A stretch of 60,162 nt of DNA, filler included, from Platydemus manokwari (taxonomy: Eukaryota): assembly GCA_037951405.1 (NCBI GenBank). It is 5 parts of 5 records of this genome, joined end to end, with 100 filler letters (N's around TTAATTAATTAA, not from the genome) between each part and the next. Parts side by side here need not be neighbours in the genome. Positions count along the whole stretch, not along the records: positions 35,200 to 49,127 come from JBBMOY011573632.1; positions 49,228 to 60,162 come from JBBMOY011037745.1; 3 more parts are not named here. One strand, 5' to 3'. The notes beneath the pieces are model-generated. The model was not told where the DNA came from, did not search any database, and was given only the letters and a program-made list of their open reading frames with translations. Below are positions 47,021-60,162 of the stretch, piece after piece (the stretch's first letter is position 1; each line of letters begins with the position of its first letter). A program made the translations under genes and the position numbers.

Positions 47021-49127
47021 AAATATCAATTAATTTATTAATGAAAGAACAAATATATTTTATTCGGTTATTCTTTGCATTTCACTCAGAAAAATCTCCT
47101 TAATAAATCAATATTTTAATAGTGAACTATATATATGTAGACATATTATTGATTTTTTTCAGTGATATTGTTCGATTAGAGTCGTGATATTGTCGATAAT
47201 TTTATTGATTTTTCATTTAAAAAAATATTTATTCAACATTTTATGGTGGTCCTATTCAAAAGTTTTCGATCTGATTCTCGTTTTTTTCTTGTTTTTCGTT
47301 TGGAAAAGATTTGTTTGAATAGATTGATAATGATTATCTCTTTTATTTTCTTGTTATTATTGGTTGTTCAATCTGTTTATCACGTTAAATTCAAAATAAT
47401 TGATCTTGGCAAAGATAATTACTCGATAGTTAGCTGTGTTTAAATTAACTATTCTATCGATTTTGTGTTTTATTTAAAAAAATAATTTTGAAAGAAGCGC
47501 CACATGCTTTGGAATGATTTTTAAAGGAGAATTGATTTGGATTCGTTCTGTGATTAGTTAATTTCGATGACATCATATTATACAATTCCAAAAATGATGT
47601 TGTTACCGCGCTATCATTTTATATGCGTGTGTGTGTTTGAATAAATAAAAGAATAAATATAATTTTATGTTGTAGGAAACGATAAAAATAACAATTAAAT
47701 TAAGAGTATTACTTATTCTGCACTCTGTATTTTTAGATTTAATTTTAACCAGTATTGAAATTTTCTAGCCAATCTACATAGCACTTGATATGAATGATTG
47801 GATGGAAAGAATTAGCAAATTGCTTAATTACTAGGGCTTGTGATTTCAATTATCAAGCGCGTCAAACCAAAAATTTTAGAAATCATAAAACCTAAACATT
47901 TTTGTTTAAATATCGAATATAAAGTTGACAATAAAATATTATCTATCAATTCTTATTCCATTAATAAATTTTTATTGTTTTCATAATTATATTTACTGCC
48001 GAACTTGACTAATATAATAATCTTAATGAAAAAATAATTTAAAACTAGTTAACTGATATGAAATAGATGGTATTACAACTGGTAAAACAAAATTACTTTT
48101 TGAAATATTGGTGGATTTATAAGGTGATCTAGTTGGACTTCGATCATTAATTTATTATCGATTATTTGAACCTTTGTTAAATTCAGGAAGTTAGAAATCG
48201 ATAATTTATTATTCCACAAAGGATCTGTTAGCTAACAGATCAATAGATGTTTTTACTAAGTCAAATAAAATAATAAATATATTCAGAATATTACAAATTA
48301 GCAAATATTCGAAACTAAATTTTAAAGGTTAATTAGTTTTGTGACTTCCAAACAATGACAATTGAATGGGGGGAATTAAGTGACACTCAACTTCGATATG
48401 AAACTAAGGATTTGATTCTGAATATTTTATTTATGTTCGTGTAAATTTGGTTATTAAGAATCAATTATATATTTATATAGAGAGAGAATTACATTTGATT
48501 TTATGAGTTCTTTATTCGTCCACTCAAAAAATGAAAAATTAAATACGAAATATTTATTGATATTGAATTATTGTGATGGTCTTGATTATCGCTTCTTTTT
48601 AATTTTGATTTTTCTCTCGAATCCTTTTCGGTTAGGTGAATTACCCATTCCAGTGTTGTTGCTTTAGCCAAATTCGATTAAAGTCTAACACTTTCGCATA
48701 TCTCCATTTATATCTATTAATTTAAAATTATTTATTAAGAAATAAAATTTTGACATCACAATTGGTTTTTTATCCAATCAGAATCCGAGGTGCGTGAATA
48801 ATAAACCCAGTAATTACAAGATAAAATCGTTGATCTCCATATCCATTGTTTATAAAAGTTTCTTGTAAGTCTTTCATCCATCTTATAAATCAACATGTCA
48901 CTGTCAACCATTCAATGTCCATTGTCAAACGAGAAAATTGAGACTCTTATACCAGAAATTATAGAGTGCAGTGTAAGCACAATTAAAGTTTACCATAAAT
49001 TACAGAAAAATGTGCATCAAATTAAATTATAGAGTCAAATCAGTGCTGAAAAATATTGGGTCTATAACTTAATAACCGGAATTTGACACCAGATGTAAAC
49101 ACTTGTGTGTGTGCTGTAGCAAATCAT

Positions 49128-49227
49128 NNNNNNNNNNNNNNNNNNNNNNNNNNNNNNNNNNNNNNNNNNNNTTAATTAATTAANNNNNNNNNNNNNNNNN
49201 NNNNNNNNNNNNNNNNNNNNNNNNNNN
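49128..49227. other. Artificial contig linker
   Basis: N44-TTAATTAATTAA-N44. Confidence 0.95.
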
Positions 49228-49490
49228 ACTATTTTATAAAAAACGCATCGAAAACGAACTGAAAAGACTCGACATTCAATTCTATTCAAAGACAATTATT
49301 TAAAAAAATTAATAAAATTTAATACCAAATAAAATCTAAAATCAAATAAAATTCAATATCAAATAAAATCTAATATCAAATAAAATTTAATATCACATAA
49401 AATTTAATATCAAATAAAATTTAACATCAAATAAAATCTAATATCAAATTAAATTCAATATAAATTCAAATTCAATTTGATATTCTCACA
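49228..49490 (-). repeat. TRIM-family LTR with an internal 17-bp tandem expansion (aatatcaaataaaatYt x ~8, 49310-49460)
   Basis: aaaacgaactgaaaag at the left and ttctcaca at the right end, as in the other copies; tandem units read directly. Confidence 0.65.
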
Positions 49491-49499
49491 ATTAGCATA

Positions 49500-50146
49500 A
49501 TTCTTAATTAATCAGTCGCTATTAAATAAATAAATACCATGAGATCATTCGATTATAAAAGAGCCTGTCACGTAGTGAAGCACCACCACAAAAACAAAAG
49601 AAACGCAAATCCAATCTAATATTTTTTGCAATAATCAAAATTATTTCATATTTTATAAACTTTATGAAAATCACCGTTATTAATAATCATGTTTTGAGCC
49701 CAGCCCAGACGTGCTCTGATTAATTTTTAAACTTAAAATAATATTGAATTATTCTTATAATTGTCGGACTATTATGTTCAAACTACCGATAATAAACCAA
49801 AGGATCTTGCCTCTCTCCGCACAAGGACGTGTAAACTCTTAAACTGACAATATCGGATAATTAATTAATTTAATTAATAAAAACTCCTGGTTATTTGTTG
49901 GATAATATTTATTAAACAATATTAGTTAATTATTATTGATCATTGTTATTGAATTTTATATTGCGTTTATCATTAATTATTTTATTCTTGAAGAAATATA
50001 TATTGTTATATCATTTTATTTATTTATTTGTTTATTATTCAATTCGCTTACATCATTTTATTACACTGCCTTCTGGAGTCACGGATTACTAATCTATTAA
50101 ACCTTCTGAAGTTAGGAAACCAAATTAAACCCTTTGACGCCTAACA
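49500..50146 (-). repeat. LTR-like repeat family A, inverted copy 2
   Basis: Ends ttaaaccctttgacgcctaaca; its reverse complement is collinear with 7177-7750. Confidence 0.75.
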
Positions 50147-50744
50147 GTCGACATCAATGCATAATATTGACCTTTTCTACACAATACGGAGGAGAGATAA
50201 AAATAAAATTTTCGCGCAAATAAATTAGTTTTTATCACATTTGAATATTGAAAAATGTCTGTTTGTATTCAATGTGTGCATCTTCTTGTGATTTTATAAT
50301 TAAATGGGTAGTTCTAACTTGCTTATATCGTTCATATTTCCCAGCTTGTTAAAAGTTTTAATATTTCTAATTATTATAATTCTATCCAATTTACTTAGGA
50401 AATAGATCTTGAATATTGTTACTGTATGGGCTATTATTACAAGTAAGTTACAGTCATGCTGATTTTACTATATTTTGTTGTCTGGTTTTATTCTAAATAA
50501 TAAGATTTTTATTCAGATATACTGGGTATTAATCAGGAAATTTCTATATTTATTTATATTATTTTCCGTTAACTCTCAATAGTTAAGAATTAAATTTCCC
50601 AAGATATATTTGACATTGTTATAATAACCAATCGATTTCAATTTGCAACTCGTATAAAATTAATTGTTAACACATTAAATTATATCTACGATATATACTA
50701 AAATGTATTACCATTATTATTTTAATACAAATAAAATATAATCA

Positions 50745-50916
50745 GAGAATATAATCATAAAATATAACCATTAAATATAACCATTAAATATAACCATAAT
50801 TATAACCATTAATATAACCATAAAATATAATCATAAAATATAATCATAAAATATAACCATTAAATATAACCATAAAATATTACCATAAAATATAACCATA
50901 AAATATAATCATAAAA
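50745..50916. repeat. 12-bp minisatellite (aaatataaccat-type) running into a gap
   Basis: More than ten adjacent units. Confidence 0.9.
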
Positions 50917-51069
50917 NNNNNNNNNNNNNNNNNNNNNNNNNNNNNNNNNNNNNNNNNNNNNNNNNNNNNNNNNNNNNNNNNNNNNNNNNNNNNNNNNNNN
51001 NNNNNNNNNNNNNNNNNNNNNNNNNNNNNNNNNNNNNNNNNNNNNNNNNNNNNNNNNNNNNNNNNNNNN
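50917..51069. other. Assembly gap
   Basis: N run. Confidence 0.95.
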
Positions 51070-54000
51070 TATGACCTTATAAACACTAATGTTCCTGACG
51101 AATGTGAACACATGAACAGGAAACACATCGAAGAAATGGGTAATGAAAATTAGTATATTAAGAATGGAGTTAGCTCTTCAAAATTGCTATTTAACCAGAT
51201 TACTAAAGCAACGTGCGATGAATTATTGTTTCAAACGTACCACTTTCAACTAATGATGTTGTAATGCAAGCATTAACATTATTATTAAAATTATTATTTG
51301 TTAGAGTAAAACTCAATTTGTTGTAAATAAAGTAATTTGTGATAGCAGCCAGAGGGTAACTCTTTTTTTATCAGCAATTATCGTGCCTTGAAATAATTCG
51401 TCCAATATTTCGAAAGCTTAAATGAAATTTACAATTGAAAATCATGAGGTTCAGTTGATGAAGAATATCATTTGAAATTAATGATGTCGTTATTTCATAA
51501 TTATATTTATGGTGATATAATTATTATTTTAAATTTAATGTTTATTATAATAATAGTTATTAATAATAATAATTATTATTATGAAAATAAATAAATAATA
51601 TTTTACCAATATTTATTAATCATAATAAAGATATATAAATATCTTTTTATCCTAACACTGTTAGATAGTAAGTATCAATGGATCCGAAGTAAATGAATTT
51701 CATTTTCTGTTATTGATACAAAATCGCTCATTAATTATTTCGTTTTGAGCATGGATATCCAATTAAACAAACCATCATTATAGACTGCGATATTTCGATG
51801 AAATCAAAGCATTGCTATTGAGACCTGAAAACACGAAATGGTTATGTCGGTAAAAACAAATGAATTCAAAGCACTTTCCGAAATTAAAACGAAAACAAAT
51901 GAAATTATTAATCGAATATTCCAACGAAATCACTGCCGTTAATTGAAACAAACATAATTCCATAATCAAAGAAGTTCTAAAAAACTCCATGATATACCGA
52001 CTATAGAAGGGGTAAAATAACCCATAAACGGACATGAATAAAAACCGTTTCTATGGAATTGGGCTTATATAAGTTTAACACAACTGGTGATTATGTTTTG
52101 AAGCATTTATGATAATACATGTGTTAAAGGAAATTCTCTATAACTCTAACGTGACACATCACCTTTTTGTAAGTAACATCATCAAGAAATTTGATATAAT
52201 AAATATTTTAATAATGATGAGATTTATAGTTAAAATGGTTTCTTTATTTGAAACAATTTATTATACTTATTTCTACTCGTCAGTATTGGATGAGACAGGA
52301 AATCCACAATTTAATAATTCACAGATCAATGTATTCCAATATGTCACGACGGAAAATAGAATCTCAAAATTTACGTTGAACAAAATCACCAAAAATACAC
52401 GTTTATAAAACTTGTCATAAATAATCAAAATGAGAGACAATCATTTCAAGAAACGATATCTTCATCAAAATGAATGACTATCAAAGAATGGCAATTTTTC
52501 GTGACAGTCAACTATTTCATAAAGTACACTGTGTGTTTTTATTTAATATTCGAAGATTAATTTTTTATTTGTCTCAACCATTCCAAACCTTTCACAAAGA
52601 TTTCATTACCAGATATTTTGTCTCAGATATCAATAAGTGACTTTTGTGTTCATTGTTTACTGTACCGATGTACTAAATGAAATTGACAATCCAATCAGAG
52701 TGTGTTGATTTGAAAGCTTCTGATTGGCTTGTACCTGTGTATGTGTGTTTACACTTTTGAATATTATTCCAGTAGTTTTGTTCAGGATGTTCGGTCCATT
52801 TTAGCTCATATTCTGTTTGTTTAATCAACTCTTAGAGCACCTCAATAATTGGATGTAATTTGATTTTGTTTCATATCAGTACCACTAATAACAACAATAT
52901 GAAATATTAAAGAGATTAATTCTGAAAAATTTCTATGATCTTTAAGTTTAAAGAATATTATATTATTGTTATCGATTTATCGATTAATATTGAATTAAAT
53001 AATAATAATATACTCTCCACAGTTTAACATGTTCTCAATAATGAATTATATGTATGTGAGCAATTTCATAACTATTTATATAATAAATAAAATGAAGATG
53101 AAAAATAAAATTGAAGAATAAAATATTATTTTTTGAAGAGCAGGAATTTTTTACACAGTTAACTGGCCGATGGCCCAAGGTTATGTTTAGAACAAAAACC
53201 ATCTGAGTTGGTACTCACAATCAATATTGCCTCACAGCAAATACCAAATATATTTCATTATCAAAGTTAGAAATCTCAAAATAAAAGTGATCGAATTAAA
53301 ACAAAGCAATGTAATCAGAGAAATAATCATTGAAATATTTATACCAACATTTTCGCATCGTTAAAGAAATTTGGATAAAATATCAAGAGAATTGAAACGA
53401 ATTAGAAAATGAATTGAAAGCAAGTTTGTCCGAATAAATGAGGAAAAATGAAATTAAACGAGTAAGTAAATTCTTAAGTAGTGAATGGGAAATAGATGAG
53501 ATAGAAACGATGTTTCGTTTATCGAAAGTTTTTGTTTTTATTTTATCTACAGGAATAATTTCTTTGTGATATTTCGAACTATTTGGACTCCACATTCAAT
53601 ATTTGAGTAATTTCAGATTAAGATAGATCTCAATTTTAAAATAAAAGTGATATCAAAACAAAGCATTTAAAGAAAAAAACAACAAGCAGTCAACAAATGA
53701 AGAGTTTGATTCTTTGCATAAACTAGATTATATTTATAAAACTTTTTTGATCATTTTTACTATACCTCTTCAATTAGTAGAAATTCCACCAAGCACCAAT
53801 TTACAAGTACTCCAAATGACCAATCACAAACGAGATAAACCAGAGAATCATTTTGCTGGAATGCATGTTTGTTTACATAGATAGATGGGTGTCGAAATGA
53901 AGAATTAGAGATATCTAGAAATCAAAGCAAACAGCTTGAGAATCTTAGACGGAAATTAAAATCACATACATTTAAATAAACTGTGCTTCTGTCAGCCGGA

Positions 54001-57000
54001 AATCCAGAGACGATCTTGATTTATTCCATGTTAATTGTGATTACATTTTTGTTTACATATTTGTTGAAAGGTAAATATTGATATATTAAATATTAGATCA
54101 ATTTGTAATATGGATGGAAATAACATGGATTAAAATTATCGAATCCTGAATAAAATAAACATGAAATAGTCAATTGACCTTGTACTAAGAAGAAAAAACA
54201 TGCAATCCATGTGTCAATTGTGCAGTCATTGTAACTCATAAACATCTGAATCTAATAAATAAAGAATTATTAAAAATTAAAACTGAGATTATGAGGAAAC
54301 AATTCGAAAACAATAAAACTGCAATCCAAAGTTACAACTTAATTTTGTGTTTTTTAAAATAATGGGAACTTAACCTTAAAAATTGATATGAATCGAATTC
54401 TATTATTTCAATGATACCTGTAAAGGTTGTTATCTCTAATATATTCAATATAACTTATAATAACTGCAAAGATATTGTATAATACATGGTAAAACTGTCT
54501 GCATGAAATTACCAGAGGTCTCATACGAAAGAAATAAAAAGTAAAAATCATTATTACTTAGAAAATTCTATTAACCTTTGAAAATAATAATTGATGTGCA
54601 CGTATTAATTAAAAAGTCGCCAATATTTTCTTTCAATCGTCGAATATTTAAACATAAACTAAAAAACATTCATTGTTTATTTAATCCGTGGAATTTGAAG
54701 ACTCTCAATATAACCACGTCAACCAGAAATTCCCCAATAATATAATTTATTAGAAGTAAATAATAAATAATTGTTTAAATTGTTAGGAATTGGTCGATAT
54801 ATAAATAATATTAAAAGATTTTCAGTTCATCTAGATTTACAGTGAAAAAATAAACGAAAAATTTATCAGTTATTGAGGTTTAAATAATTAAGAAACGAAT
54901 CTTGTTGAGAAGATAAATATGTAAATTCCGCGGAAAAGTTAAAAATTTTGGCAAAGATTATTACGTAAAAATTATCAAAGATGTGTAACCATATCGACGA
55001 ACGGGAGTGCTTCTTAACGTGAAACCCCAAAAATTAAATAACAAAATTCAATAGGTCTAATTCAGGATATAAGTGTTGAAACAAATGGTTGTACATTAAT
55101 TTATTATCGTTTGTTCTTTGGATTTAATATCCTTAGATCAACAAGATCAGAAGGACTTAATGCATAAGCGGAATTCAATAGCCTCAACGTTCCTGATCAA
55201 TCGGTCCTAATGCCATCAAAAACGACCAATGGTAAAAGAGAGTGCAGTTATCAGAATTCCCGAAGAATGTGCCTTTCTCAATTCCGAGTCTACGGCAAAA
55301 CAGGGATTGTTGAACGTTCAGATCGTCACCTCGGATAAAATAAAAAGTGGTGATTTAGAGCTGATGTTTTTGTATAATTTTTTTTTGATAATTTGGTTAA
55401 ATATTTTATTTTGGTTTATTTTATTTTATTTGTAGAGTTTCGTCTATCATTGTTACAGACTGGTTTCTACTTTTTAAAAACATTTTTGTAAAGCATAAAT
55501 ATCATCAAAATTATAAAATTATTAGGTTAAACATCTTTGTTTTAATTTTACAAGGAAATTTTTAAACTCGTTCCAATCATTTAATAAAACAAACGATCAT
55601 TTTTCTCAATTTTGAAAAAAAAACATAAACAAATGATTTTGTGTTGACAAATTTGAGGTAAAGAATAACAAAACGGAAAAATAAATATTTGAACAAGAAA
55701 GCTTTTTAGAAACTTGAGATGTCAGACTGAAGAAATAGTTGAAAACAGACTTATTTCGATTATTGAGAGATTATAACAATATTTTCAATATTATTGCTCA
55801 TCTAATAAATATTGCAGCTTTTATAATGGATTAGCGTGATAATCGAATTGTAAATTATCATTCTGATGAATGCCTAAGCAAAAAGCTTATTTGATGGATC
55901 ATTTGAATTGATATCGTTAATTGTAAATAATCGAATTATTAATGAAAAACCCAAGAACCTTAACAGTCAATGTATGATTAAAGAAAGATTAAATTTCAAT
56001 AAAAATCCATCATTAGAATTCATAGAATACTTCGCAACACTTTTCCTCAAAATCTTCTAATTATTTTTGAATTTTTCAAAAAGAAAAGTGTTTATTGAAA
56101 ACTTTTTTGTATCAATTTTAATTAAATAACTTCATTTCAATCAATTCGATTGAAATGCAACTCGTTTGCAATGTTATACAGGTGAAAAATAATTAAAGGA
56201 AATTAGCAACAGTGTGGAACTTTGTAACTTATCCTGTCATTTGTGAAGATAACATTTATTCCATCCCCAATAATGCAATCTCGGATAACAATTGCAAATT
56301 TCACCATCCTGTTAATTTGTCTTTGTTTTTCTATTGTTAATTGAATTACAGCGACTGCTCGTGTTGTGGAGGGAAATTGAATAAAGCGACTAATTATTAA
56401 CATCCTCAATTATGCACAAGAATGAATTAAAAAATTAAACCTTTAGTTTTATCATTAAGAATTTTAATTTTATTAATATTTTGTTTTCCTTAAATAATAA
56501 TAGAATAATTATAATAATAACATAATATTTTATTAACTGATAAATGAACTTTATTTCTATTAAATACAATGACGTAGTTGCTTTCTTGATGTAATTTATA
56601 CATCACCTTCACCAGGTCCAAACCATTAATCAAATGTGCATTTTATTTTCTAATTCATATTGTTGTGTTTCTGCATCATGCACACGTGTTTTTAAGGTCA
56701 TTACGCAAGAAAATTACTGACCACTTGTTATTCAGTTAATTTCATTGAAAATTTAGAAATTTGTTTTGGAAACGTTAGCTTTATTTTTTTATATTTAACT
56801 TATATATGAAATATATTGGAGTGCCTTTTCATTTATCCTTACGGTCTAGATAAGAGATATGAGCAAATCATAAAGTGAAATTTAAGTTCATTAAAAAGGA
56901 AAAAAATACTTGTTTGGAATTAATGCAAAAATGTTATCTATGAATGGGGACATTGTGATAAATCTGTTAATCCATCGAATAATCAAAACAAATTAAAAGG

Positions 57001-58399
57001 TTATGTTTCAATGAATATGATCACAGGCCATCTTTCAATTTCAAGCAATTTATTATGACATTCTTTTTTCCGAAGAATTTCCATATTCCTGATTCTAAAC
57101 ATTCATTTAAAAAACCAAGTTTACACTAAATAATATTAGTATCAAAATTATTTCTAACAATTATTATCTCATTATAAACAATTTTATGAGAGATATTACT
57201 TCCCATTTGAAATAATTGAGGAAAACATGTATAGATCCATTAAAAATGAAACTGTAAACTAAATTTCTTTAAAATTATTTTATAAATTTATCGAATACCA
57301 GACACTCGAATTGTCGTTTTGCATTCACAGCACATTAGTCATCATTTTTACAATAAATTACAAGCATGTCATTCACATGTTATTGTGCAATCGCAATGAG
57401 TTATTTAGAGGGTTGTACAATTACACATTCATTCAGATTAAGTTTACATATGTGTGTTCGGAAGTCTAAAACGAATTTTATGAACCAGAGAAGCAGATTA
57501 AACCTGGTGTATTTTTGGTGTTTGAATCATTCACATTTGCAATCAATGTTTAGTTTCCACAATTTAAGCGTGAATCTATTTAATAAGAGTTGCGATTAAT
57601 AACAAACTAAATAATAAAGCTTTTATTGTTCAAAATAAAAACTTAACAATAAATAAATTAAAATGTTGCCCCACAGCTACCCGCAAAATTGATTAACCAA
57701 CCACAATATGATACCAATTTTACGTAACATTAACGGCATATGGTTAACCTCGAGAGTACACACTTATTGTATGTATTGTTAAATGAGCCTATCTGCTTAT
57801 AACACTTATAAACTTTGCATATATTTGTTTGGGAGATTTCCTTCATTGATGCACTTTGAAGTTCGTAATGTTTTGGTGGTGTGCACCATTCGGAAAGTGA
57901 AATGCAATCAAAGACTGTTATTTAGAGGGCCGGTCATAATCTCTTAGATTTTTGTATGTTATTTGACGACATATATACTCTTGTAGATACCATTTCAAAT
58001 TATTGATCATAATTATTGATTATTGTGCACAAAAGTAATTTCTTCTTCTGAAAATCCTATTAATATGTAAGTTCTAATTAAAATTTCTACAAGAAATAAA
58101 TGTAAAACCAACACATATAACACAGAGTTAATAATAAATATAGACAACGAGAATTCGAAACAACAACTATAACAAAAACCTATTGGTTTCGTGGAGCATA
58201 TTTTTGTTTTAACAAATAACGAAGAAAACAGTTATGAATTATTAAATCTAGCTTTCTGTCCAATCACCAATGAAGACCAGGACTATTTGTCTGTCTTCAC
58301 GAAAACATTCTTACTACTACTAAGTTTAAAAAAGACAAAAGCCTAGAAAAGCACCATAACATGAACATCAAGGTTTTAATATTATCCTAAATACTGGTG

Positions 58400-59420
58400 A
58401 CTTACTAGATTTGAACTTCGATTATAATTAAATATCTTTGGATTCACATGTTATCGCCAATAATTATAAGTCTTTTCATACATATTAGATTTATTGTACC
58501 ATTTTCTGAGATAACAGGAGAATGTTTATCTCTTCAGTAACAAAAGCAAGCATAATTCGCGAATCCAAGGATATTGAAATAAAATTTTCAAAAACATAAG
58601 TTAATCTCCATATCAAGCTAACATTAGCACTACACATTTAATAAGACTGTCAAAGTCTAGACAAAACTATGGTTTCTAAGCTCACCATTTGAAGTACATT
58701 TTCAGTACAGTAAAAAGAAAGGTCACTTTTCATCACTGCTAGATGAATTATTCTTTAAGTTATGATTAAACTTGACCAGTGTTGTTTATACTTTCTTTGT
58801 GTCACCTGACTTTCTGATGGGTTGGTGTTGCAATTCTTTGAGTCAGCCTAACTAATTTTACTTTGATGATTCCCAGCCACCGTTGGACGTAAATTATTGA
58901 TTCCTACAATTACAACAAAAAAGTTAGACTTTAAACATGGTTTTAGGGCTTCGAAACGTCTCATAAAATAATCGTGATATTTATAGATAAAAGAAGATAT
59001 TTATAAGATATTTTTTGAGAAAATTCTATTAAATCTTTTTTGAAATGAAACCTTTGGACTTAAATGAAACTTCAGCCGACACTATTAACAAAGAAAACAT
59101 TAAGAATAAAAGTAAATGCAATAAGATTTTCTCAGCTTAAAATTAGCTTGGAGCTGACATAGCTTACGAAACTGAATAAAGCAATACATATCAAGTTAAA
59201 GTAAAATGTATCGCACCCCAATAGTGGGCCGTTTACTCCAGCGGGATTTAATTAAAATAAAAAACTCAAACCATCTGATCTATTTATAAATTTAAATGAA
59301 CCCAGTTGTATTTGAAAACATTTCAAGCATTTTCTGCTGGTATTGTAAAAGGCTTTACCATGAAAATGCCATTTCTGAATGATTTAAAAGACTGCCGTTT
59401 ACAATTGCTCTATGTTTTTT
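58400..59420 (+). pseudogene. Very decayed gypsy-like pol relic (RT connection/RNase H/integrase)
   Basis: Ordered but weak fragments GFTCYRQ, WFL....F.Y.KK, IKEDIYK, IVG, YHENAISE*FKR. Confidence 0.3.
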
Positions 59421-60007
59421 AAACAATTATATTTGTTAGCTGATTTATATATAATTTAATTATTTAATATCATAATATTAGTGATTTATACAGCGATATT
59501 TATTTTTCTACTTTTTAAATTTTTTAATTCTGATTATTTGTTTTAATTTTAACTTTAGATACAATAGTTATGTTCAATTTCCTTTCTGTCATTCCACCAA
59601 TTGTTTATATAGATTTTATTCATAAATATCTTTTAAAATTGTTTTCAAGAATTCCTATTCCTATCACGATATGTTTAATGAGGTTTTTAAAATGTTTCTC
59701 CAACATATCAAACTGTAAAAGTCTTTGGAGATCTGATATAAATTTAAATTTAGCTCCAAATGACTGGATGAATAATGGAATTGTGATTAGAATTGTAATT
59801 ATTGAGAGAGAGAGAACCTAAATAAAATAAGCCAACACATTGAAATTGAGTCTACCATAAAACAAAATTGTGTTTAGTCAGTTCTAATATTTCCATCATA
59901 TAGTCCATGAAAGATAAAAAGTATTTTCTGTCTTATTACAATTTATAATTGTTTTTTAGAGCCTTGTTTTTTCTTTTATGTAATTTGATTTCCACTTCTT
60001 TGTTATT

Positions 60008-60162
60008 GTTGAATGAGATGAAATACTGCAAAAGAAAAACGGATTTGCACCTTGGAACCCTTGTTTAAGCATTTTAAATATTTACATGCCGACACAACCA
60101 TATAGGCATAGCAGTGAGCGAATCATAGTGAAGCTCGATGGTGAACTACAATTCGAAAAATG
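60008..60162 (+). repeat. LTR-like repeat family C, copy 3 (runs off window)
   Basis: Begins TGTTGAATGAGATGAAA; strong similarity to 31355-31500. Confidence 0.8.

Noticed and set aside
48170-48262. YYSTKDLLAN..DVFTK as the end of a copia RNase H
   Set aside because: Too short and interrupted to support
56200-56410. PIF1-like helicase fragment on the minus strand
   Set aside because: Only a faint LQLLSEIALLG resemblance, with several stops; Walker motifs not recoverable

Overview
This is very AT-rich animal (eukaryotic) genomic DNA, not a prokaryotic locus, so most ORFs in the supplied track are spurious or are exon-plus-intron read-throughs. The window is five pieces joined by identical 100-nt linkers (N44-TTAATTAATTAA-N44), so adjacency across them is unreliable. 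Manual splicing on GT-AG introns (mostly 44-57 nt) recovers four host genes: (1) a complete 4-exon Ral GTPase (16043-19582, +); (2) the last two exons of an Aurora-like Ser/Thr kinase (34139-34594, -); (3) at least 15 exons (~740 aa, 5'-truncated) of a Roco protein with LRR-Roc-COR, a Cys/His cluster and a TIR-like region, with no kinase in the visible part (35434-42254, +); (4) a 67-aa two-exon neuropeptide precursor absent from the ORF track (46742-47020, +), with a signal peptide, dibasic sites and a predicted cyclic amidated allatostatin-C/somatostatin-type peptide GNIIPCQFNAITCF-NH2. The rest is mostly decayed transposons: a mariner inserted in a Ty3/gypsy integrase relic, a hAT MITE with an 8-bp TSD, a piggyBac-type MITE in a Ral intron minisatellite, a high-copy TRIM-like mini LTR element, several LTR-like repeat families, and Chapaev-, Helitron- and gypsy-like relics. 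All assignments were made by eye; no database search was run.
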